A stretch of DNA of 64,000 nt, from positions 232,966 to 296,965 of the forward strand of contig SCQP01000002.1 of NCBI GenBank assembly GCA_004299485.1. Direction: 5' to 3'. Source of the DNA: Acidobacteriota bacterium (GTDB taxonomy: Bacteria > Acidobacteriota > Terriglobia > Terriglobales > SCQP01). Under the pieces are notes generated by a model. The model had not been told where the DNA came from. It did no database searches and saw only the letters and a program-made list of their open reading frames with translations. The position numbers and the translations under genes are program-made. Below are positions 10,327 to 19,200 of this stretch, piece by piece (position 1 is the stretch's first letter; each line of letters starts with the position of its first letter).

Positions 10327-10799
10327 TTTACCCCGACTGGCGCGCCTTTCTGCCCCGGCGCGAGGAACTGCGCCGCGCCGGCCTGAAGCTGGTGTTCACC
10401 AACGGCTGCTACGATCTCCTGCATCCGGGCCACCTGCGCACCCTCGCCACGGCGCGCTCCTTCGGCGATGCGCTGCTGGTAGCGATCAACGCCGACGCCG
10501 AGGTGCGTGCGTCCAAGGGCCGCAGCCGCCCGATCATTCCTGGGCAGGAGCGTGCCGAAGTTCTCGATGCCCTTGAATTCGTTGACTTCGTCACCTTCTT
10601 CGACGACCCCACACCGCTGACGCTGATCACCGCCCTGCTGCCCGACGTGCTGGTCAAGGGCGCGGACTGGGGTCCGGGCGCCGTGGTGGGCGAACCCGAA
10701 GTCCTCGCCGCCGGCGGCCGCGTCGAGCGCATCCCCCTCGCCCCCGGCTACTCCACCACCGCCCTCATCGCCCGCGCCCGGCAGACCGCCGGACGCTAG
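10323..10799 (+). CDS. D-beta-D-heptose 1-phosphate adenylyltransferase-like (RfaE/HldE domain II) cytidylyltransferase-fold protein
   Basis: [17 protein letters not shown] (HxGH motif). 158 aa. ATGA overlap with the upstream gene. Confidence 0.75.
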   Translation: MIYPDWRAFLPRREELRRAGLKLVFTNGCYDLLHPGHLRTLATARSFGDALLVAINADAEVRASKGRSRPIIPGQERAEVLDALEFVDFVTFFDDPTPLTLITALLPDVLVKGADWGPGAVVGEPEVLAAGGRVERIPLAPGYSTTALIARARQTAGR

Positions 10800-11023
10800 C
10801 CGAGCCAGCCGGCAAGATCGGATTGTGTCGCGCGTGCATCGTGCAATATCTTCGCTACGATTCCGCGGCCAAGATCTTCACCGCGGTGCACCGGAACGGT
10901 TGCGGTTCGACCATCGGGATGCCGAAAGAACCTGTGGCTTCCCCGCTGGCGGGCCTGGCGGAAACCGAGGCTCTCCAGAAACGCGACCATTTCACTGGGA
11001 CGAACGGCCCGGAGGCGACTCAA
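10796..11023 (-). CDS. hicA: HicA-family (YcfA) mRNA interferase toxin
   Basis: [39 protein letters not shown] matches the HicA fold. TTG 11023 overlaps the hicB stop and gives the typical N-terminus [19 protein letters not shown] 10990 is an alternative start. Confidence 0.7.
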   Translation of the reverse strand: MSRLRAVRPSEMVAFLESLGFRQARQRGSHRFFRHPDGRTATVPVHRGEDLGRGIVAKILHDARATQSDLAGWLG

Positions 11024-11253
11024 GCATTGACCTCGACCTGCTCTAGCGCGACAAACTTCATGGCGGGCGCGTCCTGTTCCGCCAGGCAGAGAGCGATCAC
11101 CTCGCGTATGCGCGGCGCCAGGGCGGATAGAGTCCGCGCCTGCGTATAGCAACTCGGGATCGACGGCACGCTGGCGACGAAGTAGCCATCTTCGTCCTGC
11201 TCGATGACAACGGTGAATTGCCGCGCCTTGCGCTTCGTTCCAACCTTGCCCAT
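11020..11253 (-). CDS. hicB: HicB-family (UPF0150) antitoxin
   Basis: FTVVIEQDEDGYFVASVPSIPSCYTQARTLSALAPRIREVIALCLAE is a typical HicB N-domain. It lies immediately upstream of hicA. Confidence 0.75.
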   Translation of the reverse strand: MGKVGTKRKARQFTVVIEQDEDGYFVASVPSIPSCYTQARTLSALAPRIREVIALCLAEQDAPAMKFVALEQVEVNA

Positions 11254-11393
11254 GGCGTGATTATAGCAATGGAATCCGACGTACCGGGGCCGGCATCAAG
11301 AGCTACATTGGTAGACACTCGGGTCGTGGTTTGCTTAAAATGAGCCGAGCACGCCTGCGCGCCGTAGCGACCGTGGTGCGTGTGTAGCACGCA

Positions 11394-11813
11394 ATGAACC
11401 GCGCACAGGCCACCCCCGGTACAAACGCTCGCGGTGCAAACCCGCTCGCCTGGGCATTGGGCAACCTCGTCCACCTCCCTGCCGCTAATGGCGTGAGGTT
11501 CGGCGGGGTCGCCGGTAAGGTCGCTTACATCGCTCTCGGATGCCTCGTAGCCGTCGCGGTCGTGGCTTGGAGGCGCGGTGTTGATTTGTACGTTTTTGGG
11601 ACGATTGTGGTCATCTTGATCTTCGGGTTTTTGGTGTGCAGTAAGATACTTGCGTTTGCCCAGGCGAACCCGGAGCTCGCTACGCTAGAGGGCGCGGAGA
11701 TTCTTCGCTGGCAAGAGCAGTCGATAGCTGCCAAGGGTCTCCCCCAGCCCCCTGCCTCCCTGCCAGTCGAGGGAAAGCTCTTGCAAGCGAGCTCGACCAA
11801 AGAAATCACGTAA
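11394..11813 (+). CDS. Hypothetical membrane protein (two predicted TM helices)
   Basis: ORF with hydrophobic stretches VAYIALGCLVAVAVVAW and VFGTIVVILIFGFLVCSKILAF. GC is visibly lower than the flanks. The start is uncertain (in-frame GTG near 11491 is possible). Confidence 0.45.
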   Translation: MNRAQATPGTNARGANPLAWALGNLVHLPAANGVRFGGVAGKVAYIALGCLVAVAVVAWRRGVDLYVFGTIVVILIFGFLVCSKILAFAQANPELATLEGAEILRWQEQSIAAKGLPQPPASLPVEGKLLQASSTKEIT

Positions 11814-12161
11814 ATGCCACGCTATTACCACATCAGCTACATCCTGCCGCCAACTGTGGACCCGAAGGCCGTCGAGTCAGCGATCAACCAGCAGTCGCTG
11901 GATTGGCTGCGGTACACAGGCAATTGTTACGTCGTGTGGACTGATGCAGACGCGAGCATGCTCGCCGGCGCTCTCATGACAGTTCCCGGAATGAGCGCGG
12001 GAAATTTTATGGTTTTCAAGATGGACATGAGGGCTGATAGCTTCGGGTATCTGCCGAACTGGATTTGGGAATGGCTCCAAAAGGATCGCACGGTTAATCC
12101 GTTTGAGTCTTGGAAGCTGCCACCGCCGCCCCCGTTTGTCGAGCAACCCCCACAAAAGTGA
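11814..12161 (+). CDS. Hypothetical soluble protein, no recognisable family
   Basis: Its ATG directly follows the TAA of the upstream ORF (taaATG). Composition looks coding. Lower GC. Trp-rich C-terminal segment LPNWIWEWLQ. Confidence 0.5.
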   Translation: MPRYYHISYILPPTVDPKAVESAINQQSLDWLRYTGNCYVVWTDADASMLAGALMTVPGMSAGNFMVFKMDMRADSFGYLPNWIWEWLQKDRTVNPFESWKLPPPPPFVEQPPQK

Positions 12162-12179
12162 GCCGATGCTGGCTGCGCG

Positions 12180-12645
12180 CTATTCCTGACGCAGGGCTTG
12201 CTGGGGGTCGAGGCGGGCGGCACGGAGGGCCGGAGCCAAGCAGGCCAGGATGGTCAGCGCCACAAGACCTGCGGCGGTGAGAGCGGCGAGCGCGGGCGAA
12301 AAGCCGCTGAGGCCGGAGACCTGATGGGCGAGGGCGCGCTGCAGCAGCCAGGCGGCGATGGCCCCCAACATGACGGCGGCGAGGGCGAGCCTCAGGCCTT
12401 CGCGCAACACGATGCCGAGCAGTTGGCCCTGCGAGGCGCCGAGCGCCATGCGCAGGCCAATTTCGCGGCGGCGCTCGGCCACGCCGTAGGACATCACGCC
12501 GTAAATGCCGACCGCGGCCAGCGCCAGCGACGACGCTGAAGATGGCGCTATTGGCGCCAATTCCCAGCGGCAGGGCGAGGATGGCGATGACGCTGACGAG
12601 CGGAGTTTTGCGCAGCACGCGCAGCGCGTAGACTACGTCCCTCAT
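12180..12645 (-). pseudogene. Internally deleted, frameshifted remnant of an ADOP-type (duplicated FtsX/MacB-like) ABC permease
   Basis: One frame has the N-terminus MRDVVYALRVLRKTPLVSVIAILALPLGIGANSAIFSVV. Another frame has the FtsX C-terminus LALAAVGIYGVMSYGVAERRREIGLRMALGAS...LRAARLDPQQALRQE. They join near 12527-12545. Intact family members are several hundred aa longer. Confidence 0.75.
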
Positions 12646-12799
12646 ATCCGTGGCCTACGCGCACGCCCGTCCCTTAGTTTCGTCTCAAGCGGAGCCGGGG
12701 CAGGGGGCCTCCGGCGCAGTGGGCTCCCGGCCTTAATAGGGAGCGGGCCGCGGCGGCAGCGTCGCGCTGGGTGCCCGCGATCAAGGCTATAGTCCCGAT

Positions 12800-13405
12800 T
12801 CAGCAGCTCCGGGCAGCGAGGGTCTCCGAGGCGCGCAGCAGCCGCTCACGATGCTGCGGCCCCAGCGCCGCCAGATACGGCAACAGGGCCTGGACGAAGG
12901 CGTCCTCAACGATGCGGACGTTGCCCAGATTTGGCTCCAGCAGGCGCGCCACGCTGGTCTCCATCGCCGTGGCCATGCGCTCCAGCGAGGTGAGCGTGGG
13001 CGTGGCCTTGTCGTTCTCGATCTTACTGACGTAGGTGCGGGGCACGTGCATGCGCTCGGCCAACTGGCGCTGGCTCAAGCCGCGGCGCTGGCGCCACAAC
13101 CGGATGGCTCGCGCCACGTCGGGTACGGGGATGCCGGTGGCCTCGGCGGTCTCGATGCCGGGCTCCAGCTCGTCATGAGCCTTGGAAATATGCGCCACGA
13201 CCGGCTCCGGTTCCGGGACCGCATCGAGCGATTCGTGGCAGCGGCGGCACAGGCTGTTTTGGGTGCGGAATTGCACCAATTGGCATTGGGGGCAACGCAA
13301 CACTTCGCGCGGGTCTGCGAATCGACCGGCACTAAAAGCCGAAGCAGACACCGATGTGTCTGTCTGTGGGGCGTTGTCCAGAACGGCAGCTAAATTGGTT
13401 CCCAT
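12800..13405 (-). CDS. XRE-family HTH transcriptional regulator with N-terminal zinc-ribbon
   Basis: CPQCQLVQFRTQNSLCRRCHESL (CxxC...CxxC) followed by the HTH_3 string LSQRQLAERMHVPRTYVSKIENDKATPTLTSLERMATAM. Confidence 0.75.
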   Translation of the reverse strand: MGTNLAAVLDNAPQTDTSVSASAFSAGRFADPREVLRCPQCQLVQFRTQNSLCRRCHESLDAVPEPEPVVAHISKAHDELEPGIETAEATGIPVPDVARAIRLWRQRRGLSQRQLAERMHVPRTYVSKIENDKATPTLTSLERMATAMETSVARLLEPNLGNVRIVEDAFVQALLPYLAALGPQHRERLLRASETLAARSC

Positions 13406-13476
13406 GCAAGGATGGGAGAACAGCCAGAGCGAGACTAGAATGTCGTGTTAGGCCGGCAGAGTCAAGAAGAAAGTGA

Positions 13477-16116
13477 TCAGTGGCCGGGGGCCAGGGTCCA
13501 GTTGGACTCGACGGCTTGAAAGACCCCTGACAGCGCTGAGTCCAATTGGGCGGGGTCGGCGCCGCCGGCTTCGGCGAGCTCGGGACGGCCTCCGCCCTTG
13601 ATGCCCGGGAGGGCCTTGAGAATCGCTCCCGCAGGCAGCCGGGGCGCTAAATCCGGCGTGACGGCTACGATCAGGGCGAATTTCTCGCCCTGCACACCGC
13701 CGAACGCGACCACGCCGCTGCCCAACTTCTGCCGCGCCTGGTCGGCCAGCACGCGCATTTCGGCGCGGTCGAGATCGTCTACGCGCTGGGTGACTACTTT
13801 GATTCCCTGAATCTCGCGCTGCTGGCGTGCCGCGCCGGCGCCGCCTGCTGCCGCTTGCATTTTCAGACGCCGAATCTCCGCCTGCGCCTGATGCAATTGG
13901 TCGAGCGAGCGTTCGGCCGCGGCAACCAGTTCCGGTTCGGTGGTGTGCAGCAGGGCCGTCAACTGGTGCACGCGTTGGCTCGCCGCCTGGGCCAGTTCAT
14001 ACGCGCCCAGGCCGGTGACGGCCTCAATACGGCGGATGCCGGCCGCGACGCTGGTCTCGTAAACAATCTTGAACAGGCCGATGTCGCCGGTGTGATGGGT
14101 GTGCGTGCCGCCGCAAAGCTCCTGACTGAAGCCGGGCACCGTGACCACGCGCACCTGCTGCTGATACTTTTCGCCAAACAGCGCCATCGCGCCGGTGGCC
14201 AGGGCTTCGTCGAGCGGCATGATCCGCGTCTCGACCGGCGCGTTTTTGAGGATCTCGGTGTTTACCAGCCGTTCGATCTCTTCAAGCTGTGCGGGCGAGA
14301 TCGGGGTGAAGTGGGTGAAATCAAACCGCAAGCGGCCCGGCTCAACCACCGATCCGGCCTGCTTCACGTGCGTTCCCAATACCTGCCGCAGCGCCGCGTG
14401 GAGCAGGTGCGTGGCCGTATGGTTGCGCCGGGTGGCGTCGCGGCGCTCGACGTCGACCATGGCCTCGACGTGCTCGCCGGGTTGCAGCGTCTGTTTGGCG
14501 CGAATGCGATGCACGTTCAATCCGCTGACGGGCGCATAGGTATCGAGTACCTCGGCCGCCAGGCCAGCGGCGGTGGTCCAGATGCCACGATCACCAATCT
14601 GGCCGCCGCTTGCGGCATAAAAGGGCGTGTGATCCAGTACGGCTTCGAGTTCCGCGCCCGGCTCGGCGCTCGCGACCGGCTGGCCGTCGCGCAGCAGCGC
14701 CCGAATGGTCGCGTCGGGGCTATCGGTCGATTCGTAGCCGTCAAAGCGGGTGCGCCCGGCGGCCACCAGCTCTTGGTACACGCCGCTGGCGCTCGCCTGT
14801 TGGCCACCTTTCCAGCTCGCCCGCGCGCGCTCGCGCTGTTCCGCCATGGCGGTTTCGAAACCGGCCTCGTCAATACAGAAGTGCCGCTCGCCGGCGATCT
14901 CGCGGATCACATCCAGCGGCAATCCGAAGGTGTCGTACAGCCGGAAGGCTTCGGCGCCTGCCAGCCGTTTCGGATCGGCGGCGAGCGATTTTTCCAGCTC
15001 GTTCAGCGCCAGCGCCAGCGTATGGGCGAAGCGGTCTTCTTCCGCCTTGAGCACTTCAGCCACGCGCGCGCGGCTGTCGTTCAGCTCGGGATAAGCCGGC
15101 GCCATTACATCCGTCACTGTGCCGGCCAGTGCATACAGAAACGCCTCTTCGAGCCCTATCGTCCGGCCGTGACGCAGCGCCCGGCGGATAATTTTCCGCA
15201 GCACATAGCCCCGCCCTTCATTCGCTGGCAGCACGCCATCGTGAATCAGGAACGTCGACGCGCGCGCATGATCGGCCAGAATGCGAAGCGCGATGTCGCT
15301 TTTTTCCCCGACGCCATAGCGCACGCCGGCGCGTTCGCCCGCGGCCGCGATAATTGGCTGGAACAAGTCGGTATCGTAGTTGCTGATCTTGCCCTGCAGC
15401 ACGGCAGCGAGGCGCTCCAGCCCTGCTCCGGTATCGATCGAGGGCCGCGGCAGCGGCGTCATCTTGCCACTGGCATCGCGCTCGAATTGCATGAAGACCA
15501 GGTTCCAGATCTCGACGTAGCGGCCGCAGTCGCAGGGAAAGCGGCAATCCTTGTGCCCCTGCTCGCTGGCCTCGGGACCCTGATCATAGTGCAGCTCCGA
15601 GCATGGCCCGCACGGCCCGGTATCGCCCATGGCCCAAAAGTTTTCCGTCGCGCCCAGCCGGAAGACTTTATCCGCTGGCAGGCCAATCTTCTGCCGCCAA
15701 ATCGCTTCGGCCTGGTCGTCGTCTTCGTATACGGTGGCGTACAAGAGTTTTTCGGGAAGGCCAAAGTCCTTGGTCAGCAGCTCCCAGGCAAAAGGAATCG
15801 CTTCATCTTTGAAGTAGTCGCCGAAGCTGAAATTGCCCAGCATCTCGAAAAACGTGTGGTGCCGATGCGTGAAGCCGACGTTCTCAAGATCGTTATGCTT
15901 GCCGCCGGCTCGCACGCACTTCTGCACCGAGACCGCACTCACGTAATCGCGCTTTTCCTGCCCCAGAAACACGTTCTTGAACTGGTTCATCCCGGCATTG
16001 GTGAACAGCAGCGTCGGATCGCCCTGCGGCACAAGGGATGAAGAGGGGACGGCGCGGTGTCCGCGTGCCTCGAAAAATTCCAGAAAGCGCCGCCGGATTT
16101 CGGTGCTGGAAGGCAT
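13477..16116 (-). CDS. alaS: Alanine--tRNA ligase
   Basis: 879 aa. FTNAGMNQFK, the editing-domain HTATHLLH...CGGTH, and a C-terminal DHHA1-like GGGRPELAEAGG. Confidence 0.95.
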   Translation of the reverse strand: MPSSTEIRRRFLEFFEARGHRAVPSSSLVPQGDPTLLFTNAGMNQFKNVFLGQEKRDYVSAVSVQKCVRAGGKHNDLENVGFTHRHHTFFEMLGNFSFGDYFKDEAIPFAWELLTKDFGLPEKLLYATVYEDDDQAEAIWRQKIGLPADKVFRLGATENFWAMGDTGPCGPCSELHYDQGPEASEQGHKDCRFPCDCGRYVEIWNLVFMQFERDASGKMTPLPRPSIDTGAGLERLAAVLQGKISNYDTDLFQPIIAAAGERAGVRYGVGEKSDIALRILADHARASTFLIHDGVLPANEGRGYVLRKIIRRALRHGRTIGLEEAFLYALAGTVTDVMAPAYPELNDSRARVAEVLKAEEDRFAHTLALALNELEKSLAADPKRLAGAEAFRLYDTFGLPLDVIREIAGERHFCIDEAGFETAMAEQRERARASWKGGQQASASGVYQELVAAGRTRFDGYESTDSPDATIRALLRDGQPVASAEPGAELEAVLDHTPFYAASGGQIGDRGIWTTAAGLAAEVLDTYAPVSGLNVHRIRAKQTLQPGEHVEAMVDVERRDATRRNHTATHLLHAALRQVLGTHVKQAGSVVEPGRLRFDFTHFTPISPAQLEEIERLVNTEILKNAPVETRIMPLDEALATGAMALFGEKYQQQVRVVTVPGFSQELCGGTHTHHTGDIGLFKIVYETSVAAGIRRIEAVTGLGAYELAQAASQRVHQLTALLHTTEPELVAAAERSLDQLHQAQAEIRRLKMQAAAGGAGAARQQREIQGIKVVTQRVDDLDRAEMRVLADQARQKLGSGVVAFGGVQGEKFALIVAVTPDLAPRLPAGAILKALPGIKGGGRPELAEAGGADPAQLDSALSGVFQAVESNWTLAPGH

Positions 16117-16119
16117 AAG

Positions 16120-16147
16120 TTAACAGTTTACAGTTTACAGTTCACAG
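16120..16147 (-). repeat. Four tandem heptamers CTGTGAA CTGTAAA CTGTAAA CTGTTAA ending 3 nt before the alaS ATG
   Basis: Read directly on the minus strand. No SD lies between the array and the start codon. Confidence 0.9.
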
Positions 16148-16195
16148 CAAAACGCCCCGATCTGCACAGGGACCGGGCCGTTGTCGCTGAATTGA

Positions 16196-16226
16196 GCGCC
16201 ACGCGGGTGGCGTGGCGCAGCCACGC
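16196..16226 (-). other. GC hairpin with alternative pairing partner, between the BNR gene stop and the alaS leader
   Basis: GCGCCACGC (16196-16204) pairs with GCGTGGCGC (16210-18) as a 9-bp stem. A third segment, CCACGC (16221-26), could pair with GCGTGG instead. Confidence 0.5.
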
Positions 16227-16248
16227 CAGGCTCCGCGCAGTCAAATGT

Positions 16249-19200
16249 TTACGGCTGTGAACTGACCGTCACCGGTGCCAGCTTGTTCTGCTGCAGCAGG
16301 GCGTTGAAAGCCACGATGTCCTTGGCCTGCAGCTCCCGCCAGGCGGCGAGCTGGGCATCGAGTTGGCTGCGCAGAAGGCTGTAGACCTCAATCGAACCTT
16401 GCTGCGGCGCGCAGGTGCATTCTTCGACGCGGCCGCCGAGAACAGCCAGCTTGTTGTCGAGCATGATGGGAAAGTTGAGCGGATCCTCCCCGCTCTTGTT
16501 ATCGAGATTGCTGATCTTGTAAATCGCCGTGTGCAGCTTGCCGTGCAGCAAGTTGCCCGCTGCCTGCACCGAAGCCGGCGCCGAGGTGTCGACCCGCGCG
16601 ATCTGAGTTTGCAGGGCCAGCATCTGCCGCACCGCGCCCCAGGCTTGGGTCAGGTCGTGGTTGATCTTTACCGCCAAATCCCACTGGGCGACCAGATCGG
16701 CATGCGTGGCATGCAGGCGGGGATCGAGCGTCACCGTCAGCGGTTGGCTGTACGATTGCCCGTCCACCGTCAGCTTCACCGTGTACTCGCCGGTCGGAAC
16801 AATAGGCGTGACGCCGCCGCGCGCGCCCCACAGCACTTCGCCCTTGATCGGCTCGGGCGCGGTCAGCGCCTCCAGGTTCCAGGTGAAGCGGTTGAAACCC
16901 TGCTTATTGGGTACGGTGACGCCGTGCCGGAAAAAGCGCGCGAAGCCGCCGCGTTCGCCGCCGCTATTGGCGCGCGGTTTGGGGTTGTTGGCGCTGCTGA
17001 AGCTCTTCATCACTTCGCCCTGCGCGTTGGTGACGGTGATTTCTACCGGCCCTTGCGGCGGCTGCGCGAGGTAGTAGTCAATCACGGCCGGTCCGGGAGG
17101 GTTCTGCGCCACGCTGCCGCCGCGCTCAAAGAAGTCGAAGCCGCCGCCAAAGGTGCGTCTGGCCGGCTCGGGCTTAAATAGCGTCGCCTGCGTTGAGGCA
17201 GTGGCCGGTTTCCATTGCCGCAGCGGCGTGATGTCGTCCAGGCTCCAGAAGGCGCGGCCGTGCGTAGCCAGCACCAGGTCGTTGTCATGCACCTCGAGAT
17301 CGCGTACGGAAACGTGCGGCAGGTTCAACTGCAGCGGCTGCCACTGCGCGCCGTTGTCGAAGCTGACGAAGACGCCGCGCTCGGTGCCGGCAAACAGCAG
17401 CCCTTTGCGCACCGTGTCGGGCGCAACTTTCTGCACGTAGTAGCCGTCGGGAATGCCGTTGGTGATCTTCGTCCAGGTCTGGCCGCAATCGTCGGTGCGG
17501 TAGGCGTAGGGCGCGAAGTCATCGAGCTTGTTGCGCCGCGCAGCCACGTAGGCTGTGCAGGCCGCAAAGGGTGACGCGGCGATGTTGCCGATTTTGGCCC
17601 ACTGGTGATCGGGCGCTTTGAGATCAGCCGGCGTCACGTCGCTCCAGTTCTTGCCGCCATCGCGCGTGATGTGGATCAGGCCGTCGTCGCTGCCCGCCCA
17701 GAGGATGCCTTTTTGCACCGGCGAGACGGCAACCGAGAAGATGACGTCATAATATTCGGCGCTGGTGTTGTCCTGCGTGATTGGCCCGCCGGAGGAGATC
17801 TGCTTCGATTTGTCGTTGCGGGTTAAATCCGGGCTGATGATCTGCCAGTGATCGCCCATGTCCGTGCTCTTGAACAGCATCTGCGCGCCATAGAAGACCA
17901 CATTGGGATTCCAGGGTGAAGTTGCAATCGGCGCCGTCCACTGGAAGCGATATTTCATGTCAATGTCGCCGTGGCCCATGGGGTTATCGGGCCAGGGGCC
18001 GATGGGCACCGACAAGCCCATCTTCACGTTGTAGCGCGACATGTCGCCGTCATAGGACTCGCCATAGACGATATTCGAGTCATTCGGTTTGGGTACCAGC
18101 CAACCGCTCTCGCCGCCGGAGGCGCCGTACTGATCCTGTGGGCCAATGAAGCCATGATTGGTGCGGCTGGCGATGACCACCGAGCCGGCATCCTGCTTCT
18201 CGCCGTAGAGGTGATAGTTCACGTCGTTGTCGGTGGCGATGGAATAGAACTGGCCGGTGGGCTGGTTCAGATTGGTCGACCAATTCTTGCCGTTGTCGAG
18301 TGAAATGAAAGCGCCTTCGTCCGAGCTGGTGATGAAGTGCGTCGGAGTTTCGGGATCAATCCAGAAGCCGTGGCTATCGCCGCCATGAATCGTCTTGAAT
18401 TTCACCCCGCCATCGGTCGAACGGTACAGGCCCGTGTTCTCGACATAGACCATATCGTTGCTCTTGGGATCAGCAAAAATATGCGTGAAGTACCAGGCGC
18501 GCTGCCGGTACTGGTCACTGTCATTCACCAGCTTCCAGGTGGCGCCAGCGTCGTTCGATACATACAAGCCGCCGTCCTTGGCCTCTATCAGCGCATAGAC
18601 GCGCTGACCGTTCGGCGCAGCGGCTACGCCGATTTTGCCCCACACGCCACCCGGCAAGCCATGGCCGGCGACCTGGGTCCAGGTGTTGCCTCCGTCAATC
18701 GACTTGTACAGGCCGCTGCCCGGGCCGCCGCTATCGGCGCGCCAGGGCAGGCGGACGAACTGGTACAGCGCGGCATAAAGAATCTGCGGATTCTGCGGAT
18801 CGAAGACAACATCCACGCCCCCGGTCTTGTCGTTCTTGTACAGGACCTTCTCCCAGGTTTTGCCACCGTCGGTGGTGCGGAAAATGCCGCGCTGGGCGTT
18901 CGGGCCGGAAGCGTGCCCCATCGCCGCCACGAACACGCGGTTCGGATCGTGTGGGTCGATGACGACGTGCGCGATGTGCTGGGTGTCGTCGAGGCCGATG
19001 TGCTCCCAGGTCTTGCCGCCATCGGTGGATTTGTACATGCCGTCGCCGTACGAGATGTCATTGCGCAGGCAGGCCTCGCCGGTGCCGACATAAATTGTGT
19101 TGGGGTCGGAGGGCGCGACTTCGAGCGCGCCAATCGACTGCACCGGCTCGCGGTCAAACAGCGGCTTCCAGCTCTTGCCGGCGTCGGTAGTCTTCCACAC

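Noticed and set aside
10885-10905. tRNA-like GGTTCGA T-loop string
   Set aside because: It lies inside the hicA coding sequence, and no acceptor, D or anticodon arms can be drawn around it.
13855-16041. 728-aa ORF on the plus strand opposite alaS
   Set aside because: It lies antisense to a confidently identified alaS gene. Its composition is Arg/Ala/Gly-rich and typical of spurious stop-free frames in high-GC DNA, and it has no recognisable motifs.
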